Assembly: GCA_020723505.1 (NCBI GenBank)
Contig: DYIT01000004.1
Location: 14,560 to 78,559 of the forward strand
Length of the DNA stretch: 64,000 nucleotides
Source of the DNA: Candidatus Kuenenia stuttgartensis
GTDB lineage: Bacteria; Planctomycetota; JAKEIC01; DYIT01
Direction of reading: 5' to 3'
A model generated the notes under the pieces. The model saw nothing but the letters and a program-made list of their open reading frames with translations, did not search any database and was not told the origin of the DNA. Each line of letters begins with the position of its first letter. Positions within the stretch are counted from its first letter, which is position 1. Below are positions 22,726 through 31,446 of this stretch, piece after piece. The position numbers and the translations under genes were made by a program.

Positions 22726-24981
22726 TTTGACGACCTGGAAAGAGAACAACCCGCCCCCATCCGCAGGCGTCTCCCCTTCCGGATTTGCATCAATAAGGAT
22801 TGACACGATGCTCAGAGGCTCTGAGGTTCCCCTGATTATTGGGGTCTTTGTCGTCATCTCGCCGTTCACCGGCGATCTGATGAGGGGTGCCGCCGGAGGC
22901 ACAGTGTCTACTTTGAATACGATGGTCTCGGAGGTTGCAGTGTTTCCTGCGCCATCTGAGGCTACGGCGTAGACTGTGTGGAGACCCTCAGCCAAGGGGG
23001 CGGTCAGAGTGAATGAGAACACTCCGCCCGGTCCGGTAGTTGTGGTTCCGGCCAGGTTCTCGTCAACCACGATTGCGATTTCTGCGTCAGAGTCCGTGCC
23101 TGCGCCGGAAATTGTCGGCGTGCTGTCGTTTGTCAGTTCAATTGGGTTGAGAATCGGTGTCCCGATGAGCGTATCCACAGTGAATGAAACTGTTTTGGAT
23201 GCGGCCGTGTTTCCCGCAGCGTCAGTCGCCACGGCGTAGCCCGTGTGCAGACCGTCGCCAAGCGCAGTGGGTACCGTCATATTGAACCCGCCGCCTTCGT
23301 TTGCCGTGACCAAACCAACCAGATCGCCATCAACGTATACATGCACTAAAGCGCCCACATCTGTTCCTGAACCCACAACATCAGGTGTGTTGTCCGAGAT
23401 TACGCTCCCGTTGGCCGGACTCGTGATAATCGGCGTTCCAATCACGGTGTCAATAATAATATGCACATAGTTTGACGGTTCTGTGAATACTCCTTCCGGA
23501 CTCACGCCAATTGCAAAAATAACATGCTCACCATCCTGTAAAATAATTTCCGTTTCATATTCGAATTGTCCGCTTGGACATGATATTTCTTCAATCTCAA
23601 TGCTATCAATATAGAATTTGCAATTAAATCCAACTTCCACTGTTCCAATTATTTCTGGTTTACTATCATTTGATATCAGATAATCAGGAGGGGAAACAAT
23701 ATGTGGCGGAGAATATCCATGCTCTCTACCACATGTTCCACTCTCATCTGGGACTTTTTTTGTTTTCCTTACACTGCATCTAATAGCCTCACCACTTTGG
23801 TTATTGCCAATACTGCAGACTCCTTTTTTCTCTTCATTCAATAATGTGCAAATCCCTTTCCCAACATCCTCAACAGAACAAAATGCATTGTTCTTTTTTC
23901 CGACCTGATTCTCAGAAGGAGTAAATACTGAACATTGTCCAGTATTTGCTTCCTGCATAATGCTGCAGTTCGAAAAGTGCCCGGATCCGCCACCGTCCAT
24001 AACTGAGCAAAATGCATCAAATGCACCTTTTTCAATTGAACATCTTGCTTCTCCCGTTTGAGTGCTTTGCACACTGCATTTAGCTACCCCCATTCCTCCG
24101 CCATCAGAGTCAATAGCACTGCATTCTGGACTTCTTTCACCATCGAGTGGAGAATCATGAAAGACACTGCAACTAGAATTGTTACCGCTGTCATTGCTAA
24201 AAACTGAACAAAAAACCTCCTCCGTTTCTTTTTGTACAACCGAGCATTTCTGTTGTTCTCCGCGATCCATGAAAACGCTGCACATGTCGCTCGATCCAAT
24301 TCTAGTTCTCGATTTACCTACGCTGCAATTTGCTTTCCCACCTTCCCCTGCATTATCAACAGAACACCATTGATCTGATTCTTTTGACCAGCTTACGACC
24401 GAACAACCTGCTTGCCCTGCCGATTTAGTACTTTCTAGAACACTACAACTATTTCGATGAGGAGGTCCCTCTGTCGATCCCTCTTGTACGCTACAACTTG
24501 CCCTACCCGAATCAACCCATGCCGAGCAAAACGTATTCTCTTTGCTTGTATCGAATACCGAGCATGAACTTTTATTTGAGTTTCCATAAACTGAGCATCG
24601 TGCCTCTCCAATATCATTTTCACCAACAACAGAGCATTGCTTCCTATCTTCCGCTACAGAACAGTGCTGACTCTCCCCCGATGTTGAGCATCTTCCTCCA
24701 GCATATATATCGCAATCAACTGAACAATTTTTATCTGGCCGCGGGAGATGCTCTGTACTACATACAATATTTTGAATAGAAATAACACCGGATTCTGCAA
24801 TACCAAAAGGATTCTGGATTTTAATTTCATTTGATAAAATCCTAGAACCGATATTTTCACAATCCAGTTGGCCTAGATAATTATAGTTCAATTCAGCAAA
24901 ACAAACATCAACCTGAAAAGAAAGTAACGAAATTACAAGAACCAAACCGTATCTGATATTTCTATAGCTTGTGCTACTCAT
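22582..24981 (-). CDS. Secreted chimeric surface protein (799 aa): signal peptide, ~27 'C-S-V' repeat units, one AT-rich Ig-like module, then three GC-rich bacterial Ig-like repeats and a Pro/Lys tail
   Basis: Signal peptide MSSTSYRNIRYGLVLVISLLSFQVDVCFA. C-S-[VIA] units span residues 74-417. Three ~90-aa repeats end in ...GLHTGYAVATDAAGNTA / ...GLHTVYAVASDGAGNTA / ...GWHTIHAQARDAAGNLS. GC jumps from the mid-30s % to roughly 55-65% near 23450 inside the ORF. Confidence 0.8.
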   Translation of the reverse strand: MSSTSYRNIRYGLVLVISLLSFQVDVCFAELNYNYLGQLDCENIGSRILSNEIKIQNPFGIAESGVISIQNIVCSTEHLPRPDKNCSVDCDIYAGGRCSTSGESQHCSVAEDRKQCSVVGENDIGEARCSVYGNSNKSSCSVFDTSKENTFCSAWVDSGRASCSVQEGSTEGPPHRNSCSVLESTKSAGQAGCSVVSWSKESDQWCSVDNAGEGGKANCSVGKSRTRIGSSDMCSVFMDRGEQQKCSVVQKETEEVFCSVFSNDSGNNSSCSVFHDSPLDGERSPECSAIDSDGGGMGVAKCSVQSTQTGEARCSIEKGAFDAFCSVMDGGGSGHFSNCSIMQEANTGQCSVFTPSENQVGKKNNAFCSVEDVGKGICTLLNEEKKGVCSIGNNQSGEAIRCSVRKTKKVPDESGTCGREHGYSPPHIVSPPDYLISNDSKPEIIGTVEVGFNCKFYIDSIEIEEISCPSGQFEYETEIILQDGEHVIFAIGVSPEGVFTEPSNYVHIIIDTVIGTPIITSPANGSVISDNTPDVVGSGTDVGALVHVYVDGDLVGLVTANEGGGFNMTVPTALGDGLHTGYAVATDAAGNTAASKTVSFTVDTLIGTPILNPIELTNDSTPTISGAGTDSDAEIAIVVDENLAGTTTTGPGGVFSFTLTAPLAEGLHTVYAVASDGAGNTATSETIVFKVDTVPPAAPLIRSPVNGEMTTKTPIIRGTSEPLSIVSILIDANPEGETPADGGGLFSFQVVKPLSPGWHTIHAQARDAAGNLSPISAGVEFFADPPPPPANNDKSDKRK

Positions 24982-26411
24982 TTAGGACCCCCTTTTCCGA
25001 AAAAGTCCTCGAGAAACCCTTCAGCTGCTTCTTCAGGAGACAACCGCTTGATATATACTTTAGCTTCTATGTCTGGGCCATCTATAACTAACGTGTTATC
25101 AGCGCCAGGAAATACACTGATTAGCTTGTAATAGTCTGATTGAATTTTAAGCACATGTGTGCCGATTGGGACATTTGATACAATAGTATATCCGGCTGTA
25201 TTTGAGTTAAATTTAATCGGCGCAAACCTGTGCGACTTTTCAATCAACAGGAATTTAATTACATCAGAAAAGGGGGCACGGTTATCATCATTAATAAAAT
25301 GAATATTCAATTTATAAGCCTTTTCCAGAAGGAAATCAATTCTGTTAATATTCTGTTTATCATTTATTATAAAAGTAGTGGACATTTTCGCAAATCCTTC
25401 GCAACCAATAACCAAATCGTACTCTCCGAAAGGGACATTACGCAAAGAAAATGTACTCTCGGAGAAAACGCCGGATTTCCTTAAACTGTATATTTCATTG
25501 CAATTTGGCGAGATTGAGATAAGCTCATATGAGAATTCACATTTATCATGGTTGAAACAAGGGTTATTTATCTGAATCTGTAGCTCTGCAACCGATAAGA
25601 AAATATCGAACTTAACGGGCAGGTTATTAAAAACGACATTTCTTGAAAGTGTGACTGAATTTTCGTTAGGTAGAAATATATAAATATAATAATCCTCAAG
25701 AAGCATTCCAGGAAAGATATAAAAACCATCCGACATAGTAAGATAAGATTGGAAAAGTCTATGATTCTGATGCAATTCTATCCGTGCATTTTCAACTGGG
25801 ACGTAATGCTTATCATAGATAGTGCCATAAAGAGAATCATCGCCAATTAAGAAAAAGTCAGGGAGAACTAGATTCAGTCTCTTAACGTCATTTGGAAATA
25901 GAGAAATCTTTACTGATTTGTAAATCATACTATTTTCAGGAAGAAAAGCGATAATCGAAACAAAATGAGGTCTTGCAACCAAAGTCTGAATAGAATAGAA
26001 TGTGCCGTCTTCAGATGCAAAGAGAATCTTCTGCCTGGAACTGGGATTATTTACAATGATTTTTGCGTTTGAACATGGGGATCCATCTGCTTTTAGGACT
26101 TTGCCGAGCACCATGGCTTCATTAAATCTCAGATTCGATATATTTGTTTGGAAATCTGTCAATCTATTTTGACAAATCTGATTGTAAGATTGCTCTGATG
26201 AAACAGAATCAAAAAAGGTTTGATTTAATCCAACTGAATTCGCAGCATTTTGTGATAAGGAATAGCCAGCTAGGGTTATGGAATCACCTGCTTTTAAAAA
26301 ATGAATAAATAGAAAAATAGCAAATAAACAAATAAAAACTATTATAAAGAAGGAAAGATAAATAGATTTACAATTCCAATGGGAGTTCTTTATATTATCA
26401 TATTTAATCAT
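24978..26411 (-). CDS. N-terminally membrane-anchored protein (477 aa) with ~4 CarboxypepD_reg-like beta-sandwich modules; very AT-rich
   Basis: TM IYLSFFIIVFICLFAIFLFIHFL. Module starts such as GKVLKADGSPCSNAKIIVNN and GTIYDKHYVPVENARIELHQ. 'P.G.Y/H' strands NVPFGEYDLVIG and NVPIGTHVLKIQ. ATGA overlaps at both ends. About 32-35% GC. Confidence 0.7.
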   Translation of the reverse strand: MIKYDNIKNSHWNCKSIYLSFFIIVFICLFAIFLFIHFLKAGDSITLAGYSLSQNAANSVGLNQTFFDSVSSEQSYNQICQNRLTDFQTNISNLRFNEAMVLGKVLKADGSPCSNAKIIVNNPSSRQKILFASEDGTFYSIQTLVARPHFVSIIAFLPENSMIYKSVKISLFPNDVKRLNLVLPDFFLIGDDSLYGTIYDKHYVPVENARIELHQNHRLFQSYLTMSDGFYIFPGMLLEDYYIYIFLPNENSVTLSRNVVFNNLPVKFDIFLSVAELQIQINNPCFNHDKCEFSYELISISPNCNEIYSLRKSGVFSESTFSLRNVPFGEYDLVIGCEGFAKMSTTFIINDKQNINRIDFLLEKAYKLNIHFINDDNRAPFSDVIKFLLIEKSHRFAPIKFNSNTAGYTIVSNVPIGTHVLKIQSDYYKLISVFPGADNTLVIDGPDIEAKVYIKRLSPEEAAEGFLEDFFGKGGPK

Positions 26412-26629
26412 GATGCCAACCCCATTGAGGTTTTGTAATAAAACTTACAGATGTCGACAAATAGGTAGTTAATAATAGCTGTACGTGCTGAAGAAAATCT
26501 TTGAAATCCATTGAACATGTCCTTCATCCTAAGCCAAATTTCCCATCGCATCGATTTAACCAAATGAGGGTGGATGTAAAATAATGAGCAAATAACATCC
26601 ATAATCCCTCCATGTTTATAGAATCCCAA
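26408..26629 (-). CDS. Possible small ORF (73 aa) heading the AT-rich part of the operon
   Basis: Its stop overlaps the start of the 477-aa gene in an ATGA arrangement. A 73-codon open frame is fairly unusual in ~33% GC DNA. No recognisable motif. Confidence 0.25.
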   Translation of the reverse strand: MGFYKHGGIMDVICSLFYIHPHLVKSMRWEIWLRMKDMFNGFQRFSSARTAIINYLFVDICKFYYKTSMGLAS

Positions 26630-26839
26630 TCCCCATCCTTAAAGTCAAGAAAAATCAGAAAAACAAAAAACGTGTGAAATGTTATTGGGGAGTTCGGAAA
26701 CCGAGTACAGTCAAGTGTGGTTACAGTTCTCTTGGATATCCTTCGGTTGATTCAAAACGACGCAACAACCAGTAGGCCAATGTGTTACAACGCAGCTACG
26801 AAAACGGAAGCCTCATAATTTCATAGAAAAACCCGTTTC

Positions 26840-26988
26840 TTACCGAAGGCAATCATTTCTTTTTATCGCTCTTGTCGTTATTTGCAGACGGAGGAGGCGG
26901 ATCTGCGAAGAACTCCACGCCGGCGGAAATCGGGGAGAGGTTCACAGCCGCATCTCGCGCCGCGCAATGGACCGTGTGTGACAGCGGG
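26840..26988. repeat. Direct repeat copy B (~149 bp), same orientation as copy A, at the right edge of the AT-rich block
   Basis: Encodes ...HTVHCAARDAAVNLSPISAGVEFFADPPPPSANNDKSDKKK*, versus ...HTIHAQARDAAGNLSPISAGVEFFADPPPPPANNDKSDKRK* in copy A. It then retains ATGATTGCCTTCGGTAAG (MIAFGK; copy A has MNAFGK) before AT-rich DNA starts at 26839. Confidence 0.85.
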
Positions 26989-27257
26989 GCGCGCTCGAAA
27001 AGGACCCTGTTCGTGATTTCAGCGCCCACGTACTTGAGGGCACGTGAGAGCATACCCACTGCGTAATTCGCGGCAGCCGGATCCGAGTCGACGGGCGGAA
27101 GAACCAGCACGACCTTCTTGCCCTTGAACGGGAACTTGCGGATTGCGTCGAACCAGCGGTACACGAAAGCCTTGAACTGGGCGGTGGGCCCCCACCAGTA
27201 CTCGGGCGTCCCCAGAACCGTTCCCACACCCCGCTCTCCTCCACATTGCGGCTTCAT
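26853..27257 (-). pseudogene. Chimeric remnant: internal fragment of a flavodoxin-like/NADPH-dependent FMN reductase-type protein fused to a duplicated tail of the Ig-repeat gene
   Basis: LGTPEYWWGPTAQFKAFVYRWFDAIRKFPFKGKKVVLVLPP...YAVGMLSRALKYVGAEI resembles the middle of flavodoxin-family proteins (GtPvYw...t.q.KafiDR). The N-terminal FMN-binding part is missing, with an in-frame TGA 3 codons upstream of the ATG. The C-terminal 40 aa are repeat copy B. Confidence 0.55.
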
Positions 27258-27372
27258 TTTCTCTCACCGTAAGTAGGCAGCTGCAATCTGACATGGGTCA
27301 GGAGAGGATTCCGAGGGAACCTGCTCTCTGATGAGAAAAGAAAAATCAGGAGCGCGTTCGGGATGAACCCCC

Positions 27373-28473
27373 CTACAGCCCTGCTTCGCGGAGCTTCTGG
27401 ACGGCTTTCTTCTGATCAGCCGTGAGCGTCTCGGGGATTTCAATCCTCACTGTCACGTGGTGATCGCCCTTTGTACCGTCGTCCTTCTGGACGCCCATGC
27501 CCTTGAGCCTGAGCACGGATCCGTCCCGGATGCCTGCAGGAATCTTGAGGCTCGCGGTGCCCCAGTAAGTCGCCACGTCGATTTTCGTGCCGAGCAGGGC
27601 GTCGGAGATTCTGATGGAGACTTCGGATACCACGTCGGTCCCCTTGCGGGTGAAGGTCTCGTGGGCTCCGATTGCGACCTTGAGAATCAGGTCGCCGTCC
27701 GGGGCGCCGCCAGCCCCGACGTCGCCCAAGCCTGCAAGTCTTATCTTCGCCCCTTCGTTGATTCCGCGCGGGATTTTCACCGAAACCGTCTTCGTAGTCT
27801 CGACGCGGCTGCGCCCTCCGCACGCCCCGCACGGCGCGCTCGTCTTCTGCCCCGTGCCGCTGCAGTAGGGGCACTGCCTGTTGAACGCGAAGGCTCCCTG
27901 GGAGAACTGCATCACTCCCGCCCCGCCGCATGCGGGGCAGGGTTCCCGGGAGGCGCCGGGCGCAGAACCCGTGCCTCCGCACTCCCCGCACTCCTCTATC
28001 CTCGGCACCTTGACCGTGCTCTTGCCGCCCTTCATGGCCACGTCGAACGGGACGGTGAGAGTGAACTCCCTGTCTTCTCCACGCCTCGGCTGTGCGCCCC
28101 CGGAATCCCTCGCGAATCCTTCGCCCGGGTCGAAGAACGAGCCGAAGAGGTCGCGGAAACTCCCCAAATCGTCGAACTTGAACGAGGTGCGACGCCCGCC
28201 CCCCCCGCGCGCCCCCCTGCCGAAGAGGTCCTCGAATCCCGAAAAGCCCGAGGCCCTCGCCGCCGAGAGCTCGTCGTATTTCCTCCGCTTGTCCGGGTCG
28301 GAAACCACGTCGTAGGCCTCGTTGATTTCCTTGAACTTCTCCTCCGAGGCCTTGTTTCCCGGATTGCGGTCGGGGTGGTACTTCTTCGCAAGCGTCCTGA
28401 ACGCCTTCTTTATCTCGTCGATGCCGGCGTCCTTCTTGACGCCGAGTATGTCGTAGTAGTTCTTTCCGGCCAT
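27373..28473 (-). CDS. dnaJ: Molecular chaperone DnaJ (type I, with zinc-finger domain)
   Basis: J domain NYYDILGV...YHPDRNP. G/F-rich linker. Four CxxCxGxG motifs ([32 protein letters not shown]). Start at [12 protein letters not shown]; the ORF track extends to 28536. Confidence 0.9.
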   Translation of the reverse strand: MAGKNYYDILGVKKDAGIDEIKKAFRTLAKKYHPDRNPGNKASEEKFKEINEAYDVVSDPDKRRKYDELSAARASGFSGFEDLFGRGARGGGGRRTSFKFDDLGSFRDLFGSFFDPGEGFARDSGGAQPRRGEDREFTLTVPFDVAMKGGKSTVKVPRIEECGECGGTGSAPGASREPCPACGGAGVMQFSQGAFAFNRQCPYCSGTGQKTSAPCGACGGRSRVETTKTVSVKIPRGINEGAKIRLAGLGDVGAGGAPDGDLILKVAIGAHETFTRKGTDVVSEVSIRISDALLGTKIDVATYWGTASLKIPAGIRDGSVLRLKGMGVQKDDGTKGDHHVTVRIEIPETLTADQKKAVQKLREAGL

Positions 28474-28489
28474 TGGATTCCCCGGCGCC

Positions 28490-29149
28490 TCAATGCTTGG
28501 CCATGAGGTCGACGTTCTTGTCCCGCCCGATGACAATCAGGACGTCGTCCTGCTCTATAACGTCCTCGGCATACGGGACGTTTATTATGTCCTTGGAACC
28601 CTTCCTTCCGCGCTTGATGGCCACCAGGTTGACGTTGTACTTCTTGCGGATGTCGAGATCGATGATGGACTTCCCGACGAAATGGGCGGGGGCCTTGATT
28701 TGGACGATGACGTGGTGCTCGGCGAGCTCGATGAAATCCATGAGGTTCGGACGGGACAGCCTCTTCGCGAGCCTGTGGGCCGCGTCCTCCTCGGGATTGA
28801 TAATCTCCCCTATGCCGAGGTGCTGGAGTATTTTTGCCTGGGTCTTGGTCATCGCCCTCGCGATGATTGTCTTGACGCCGATTTCCTTGAGCAGGAGGGA
28901 GGTCAGGATGTTGCTCTCGAAATCTTCGCCTATGCTTACTATGCCCACGTCAACGTCCTTCACCCCCTGCTCGATTAGCGCGGCCTTGTTCGTAGAGTCG
29001 AAGGCGACGGCGACCGAGACCAGGTCCTTTATCTCGTTGATGATTGCCGGTTTCCGGTCGATGGCGATGATCTCGGCGCCCTCGGCTGCAAGCTCCCTCA
29101 CGAGGTCCATCCCGAACCTGCCAAGCCCGATTACCGCGAAGCGCTTCAT
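28490..29149 (-). CDS. trkA: TrkA/KtrA-type potassium uptake regulatory subunit (RCK, NAD-binding)
   Basis: [32 protein letters not shown] Rossmann start. TrkA_C-like end ...[26 protein letters not shown] 29149 is preceded by GGAGG. Confidence 0.85.
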   Translation of the reverse strand: MKRFAVIGLGRFGMDLVRELAAEGAEIIAIDRKPAIINEIKDLVSVAVAFDSTNKAALIEQGVKDVDVGIVSIGEDFESNILTSLLLKEIGVKTIIARAMTKTQAKILQHLGIGEIINPEEDAAHRLAKRLSRPNLMDFIELAEHHVIVQIKAPAHFVGKSIIDLDIRKKYNVNLVAIKRGRKGSKDIINVPYAEDVIEQDDVLIVIGRDKNVDLMAKH

Positions 29150-29395
29150 CTGACCTCCGAGAATCCGGAAGAGCCGGAACCGAACAGGTTGATTTTTCCG
29201 GCTCTCCCGGATTATCAACGAGGGATATTAGAAATCAGAAGACCGCCCGCCGTCAAGGGCGCTCGGCAGGGATCAGCGGTGAAGAGTCGTGCGCGGGGTC
29301 GGTCGGGCCGGCAACCGGCAAGGGAGTCGTGGGGTTCGGGAAGGACTTGCGAGATGGAACTGCCGCGCTTCCCGGTTGCGGTTGTCATGTCGTAT

Positions 29396-29431
29396 CCCAC
29401 ACGAAGCTTGTTGCTTCCCGCTTCGTGTGGG
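29396..29431 (-). terminator. Perfect 12-bp stem-loop 7 nt after the trkH stop, in the trkH-trkA spacer
   Basis: CCCACACGAAGC-N12-GCTTCGTGTGGG. It shares the 11-mer CCACACGAAGC with the hairpin at 6783-6821. No U-tract. Confidence 0.45.
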
Positions 29432-29437
29432 CGGAAA

Positions 29438-31273
29438 TCATCCGATCATCACGGATTCCTCGGGGTAGGAATAGCGGACGGGCCTGGCTCCCGCGGCCAG
29501 GGCGAGCACGATTGTGATTGGGCCCAGCCTGCCTGCGAACATGACCAGGGAGATGATGATCTTTCCGGCGTACGAGAGGTCCGGGGTGATTCCCGTGGAA
29601 AGCCCGACTGTTCCGAACGCGGAGACCACCTCGAACAGGATGGCTCTGAGGGGCCGGCCGGGCTCGGTGCAGGCGAGGAACAGGGACGCGAAGAAGACCA
29701 GGAGCAAGGCGCAGAAGACGATGGCCAGCGCCTTGTTGACCGTCTCCTTCGGAATCCTGCGCTTGAAGACCTCGACGTGTTCGCGGCTCCTGAAGACCGA
29801 CCAGACCGCAAGGCACAGGACGGCGAAGGTGGATGTCTTGATGCCACCGCCCGTTGATCCCGGCGAGGCGCCGACGAACATGAGGAACATCAGGACGAGC
29901 AGCCCGGCCGAACCCACGGCGCCGATGTCGACCGTGTTGAAGCCTGCCGTCCTCGCCGAGACCGAATGGAAGACCGAAGCCGCGACCTTGCCGCCCGCGC
30001 CAAGGCCGGAAAGTGAGCTCCCCCACTCGGTGGCGAGGAAGCCCGCCGCGCCGGTCGCGGTGAGGACGAGCGAGGAGAAAAGGACGATTCTGGAGTGCGA
30101 GGTCAGCCTTCCGGCCACGGCAGCCTTTCTGCGCCCGCGCCTGCCGAGAAGGAGCAGGCCGAGGGGCAGAATCCTTTCCTTGAAGACATCGGCAAGCACG
30201 CCGAATCCCAAGCCGCCCGTAATCACGAGCCCCAGGATGACGGCATTGAACCCGGGCATGTCCCTGTACTGCGTCAGGCTGTCGCCGTTGAGCCCGAACC
30301 CGGCGTTGCAGAACGCCGCGACGGAATGGAATACCGAGAACCACAGGTTCCCAGCGGGGTGGGATTCCCCGGCCCCGCCCGCGTAGATCAGGAGCGCCCC
30401 GGCGGCCTCGATCGCGAAAGTGGCGACGAAGATGGAGACCAGGAACCTCCTGATTTTTCCCACGGCCTCGACGTTCATCGCGTCCCTGATGACGAAGCCC
30501 TCGCCCATTGTCATCTTCTCGCCGATGGCCATGGCGAAGAACGCGGCGAAGGTCATGATGCCGAGGCCGCCGAGCTGCATCAGGATGAGCAGGATGACCT
30601 GTCCGAAGGGAGAGAAGAAGGTGCCCGTGTCCACCACGGTCAGGCCGGTCACGCACGCGGCGCTCGTCGAGGTGAAAAGCGCGTCTATGAAATTCATGCC
30701 GTTTCCGGCCGAGGTCGCGTTCGGCAGCAGGGCCAGCGCAGAGGTCCCGAGGATGATTATGGCGACGAAGCTCAGCACGAGCACCTGGATGGGCCGGATG
30801 CGAATCGAGAGGAGGAACCGCTCGAAGGAAACTATCTTGAGCAGCACGTTGAGGGCCAGGTAGAGCTCGACGGCGATTAGCGCGGCATGGCCCGGCCCGG
30901 CGAAGGATTCGCCGGCGGCCGGGAAGAGCGCGAGCGCGCCCAGGAACAGCGCGAGTATGCCGAACTCGCCCTTGTGCTCGGCCAGGAACCCCGCGCGCCC
31001 CGGCGAGGAGAGCCAGCGCAGGAGCAAATCAAAGGAGAACAGGGCTGCCAGGATCGTTTCGGCCCAGTTCACCGCCTCCATGAATCCCGGGTCCAGGTCG
31101 AAGCCGTACTTCACGGGAATTACGAACGCCGCGGATATGGTGCAGAGCCCCGCCATGATTCCGCGTGCAATCCCGGGGAAGTTGTCGAGCCCCTTGCGTC
31201 CAAGCGGAAGCCGTGCGGAGTCGTCCAGGCTGCGCCCATCGAACTTTTCGTCCCTGACGTCTTCGACTGACAA
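29438..31273 (-). CDS. trkH: TrkH/KtrB-family potassium transporter with an N-terminal extension of extra helices
   Basis: Repeated pore-loop segments of the family: TSTSAACVTGLTV, FHSVAAFCNAGFGL, SVSARTAGFNTV, SAFGTVGLSTG. 611 aa. Confidence 0.85.
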   Translation of the reverse strand: MSVEDVRDEKFDGRSLDDSARLPLGRKGLDNFPGIARGIMAGLCTISAAFVIPVKYGFDLDPGFMEAVNWAETILAALFSFDLLLRWLSSPGRAGFLAEHKGEFGILALFLGALALFPAAGESFAGPGHAALIAVELYLALNVLLKIVSFERFLLSIRIRPIQVLVLSFVAIIILGTSALALLPNATSAGNGMNFIDALFTSTSAACVTGLTVVDTGTFFSPFGQVILLILMQLGGLGIMTFAAFFAMAIGEKMTMGEGFVIRDAMNVEAVGKIRRFLVSIFVATFAIEAAGALLIYAGGAGESHPAGNLWFSVFHSVAAFCNAGFGLNGDSLTQYRDMPGFNAVILGLVITGGLGFGVLADVFKERILPLGLLLLGRRGRRKAAVAGRLTSHSRIVLFSSLVLTATGAAGFLATEWGSSLSGLGAGGKVAASVFHSVSARTAGFNTVDIGAVGSAGLLVLMFLMFVGASPGSTGGGIKTSTFAVLCLAVWSVFRSREHVEVFKRRIPKETVNKALAIVFCALLLVFFASLFLACTEPGRPLRAILFEVVSAFGTVGLSTGITPDLSYAGKIIISLVMFAGRLGPITIVLALAAGARPVRYSYPEESVMIG

Positions 31274-31446
31274 AACTGTGCCTGTTCAAGGATTCCGGGA
31301 GACCCGCGCCTGCCGGATGCCGGCGGCGTCCGGGATGCATAGATGATATCGGGGAAGCGCCGGTTGGCAACACGGCGCAAACGCCCGGCGCGGGATTCTC
31401 CAACCTCTTTATTCGAAGGGCCGCCGGGCGGTTCGCGGAAAGCCGG

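Noticed and set aside
23731-24762. CSV region as a DNA-level tandem repeat, a contingency locus or a DGR variable region
   Set aside because: There is no nucleotide-level periodic identity: units use different Cys, Ser and Val codons and variable lengths. No reverse transcriptase or template repeat occurs anywhere in the window.
31274-31446. c-di-AMP (ydaO-type) riboswitch upstream of trkH
   Set aside because: The likely 5' UTR is only ~70 nt and lacks the pseudo-symmetric ACGGGGA/CCCGA-type conserved cores. I see only a plausible TTGCCA-16-TATCAT promoter on the minus strand.
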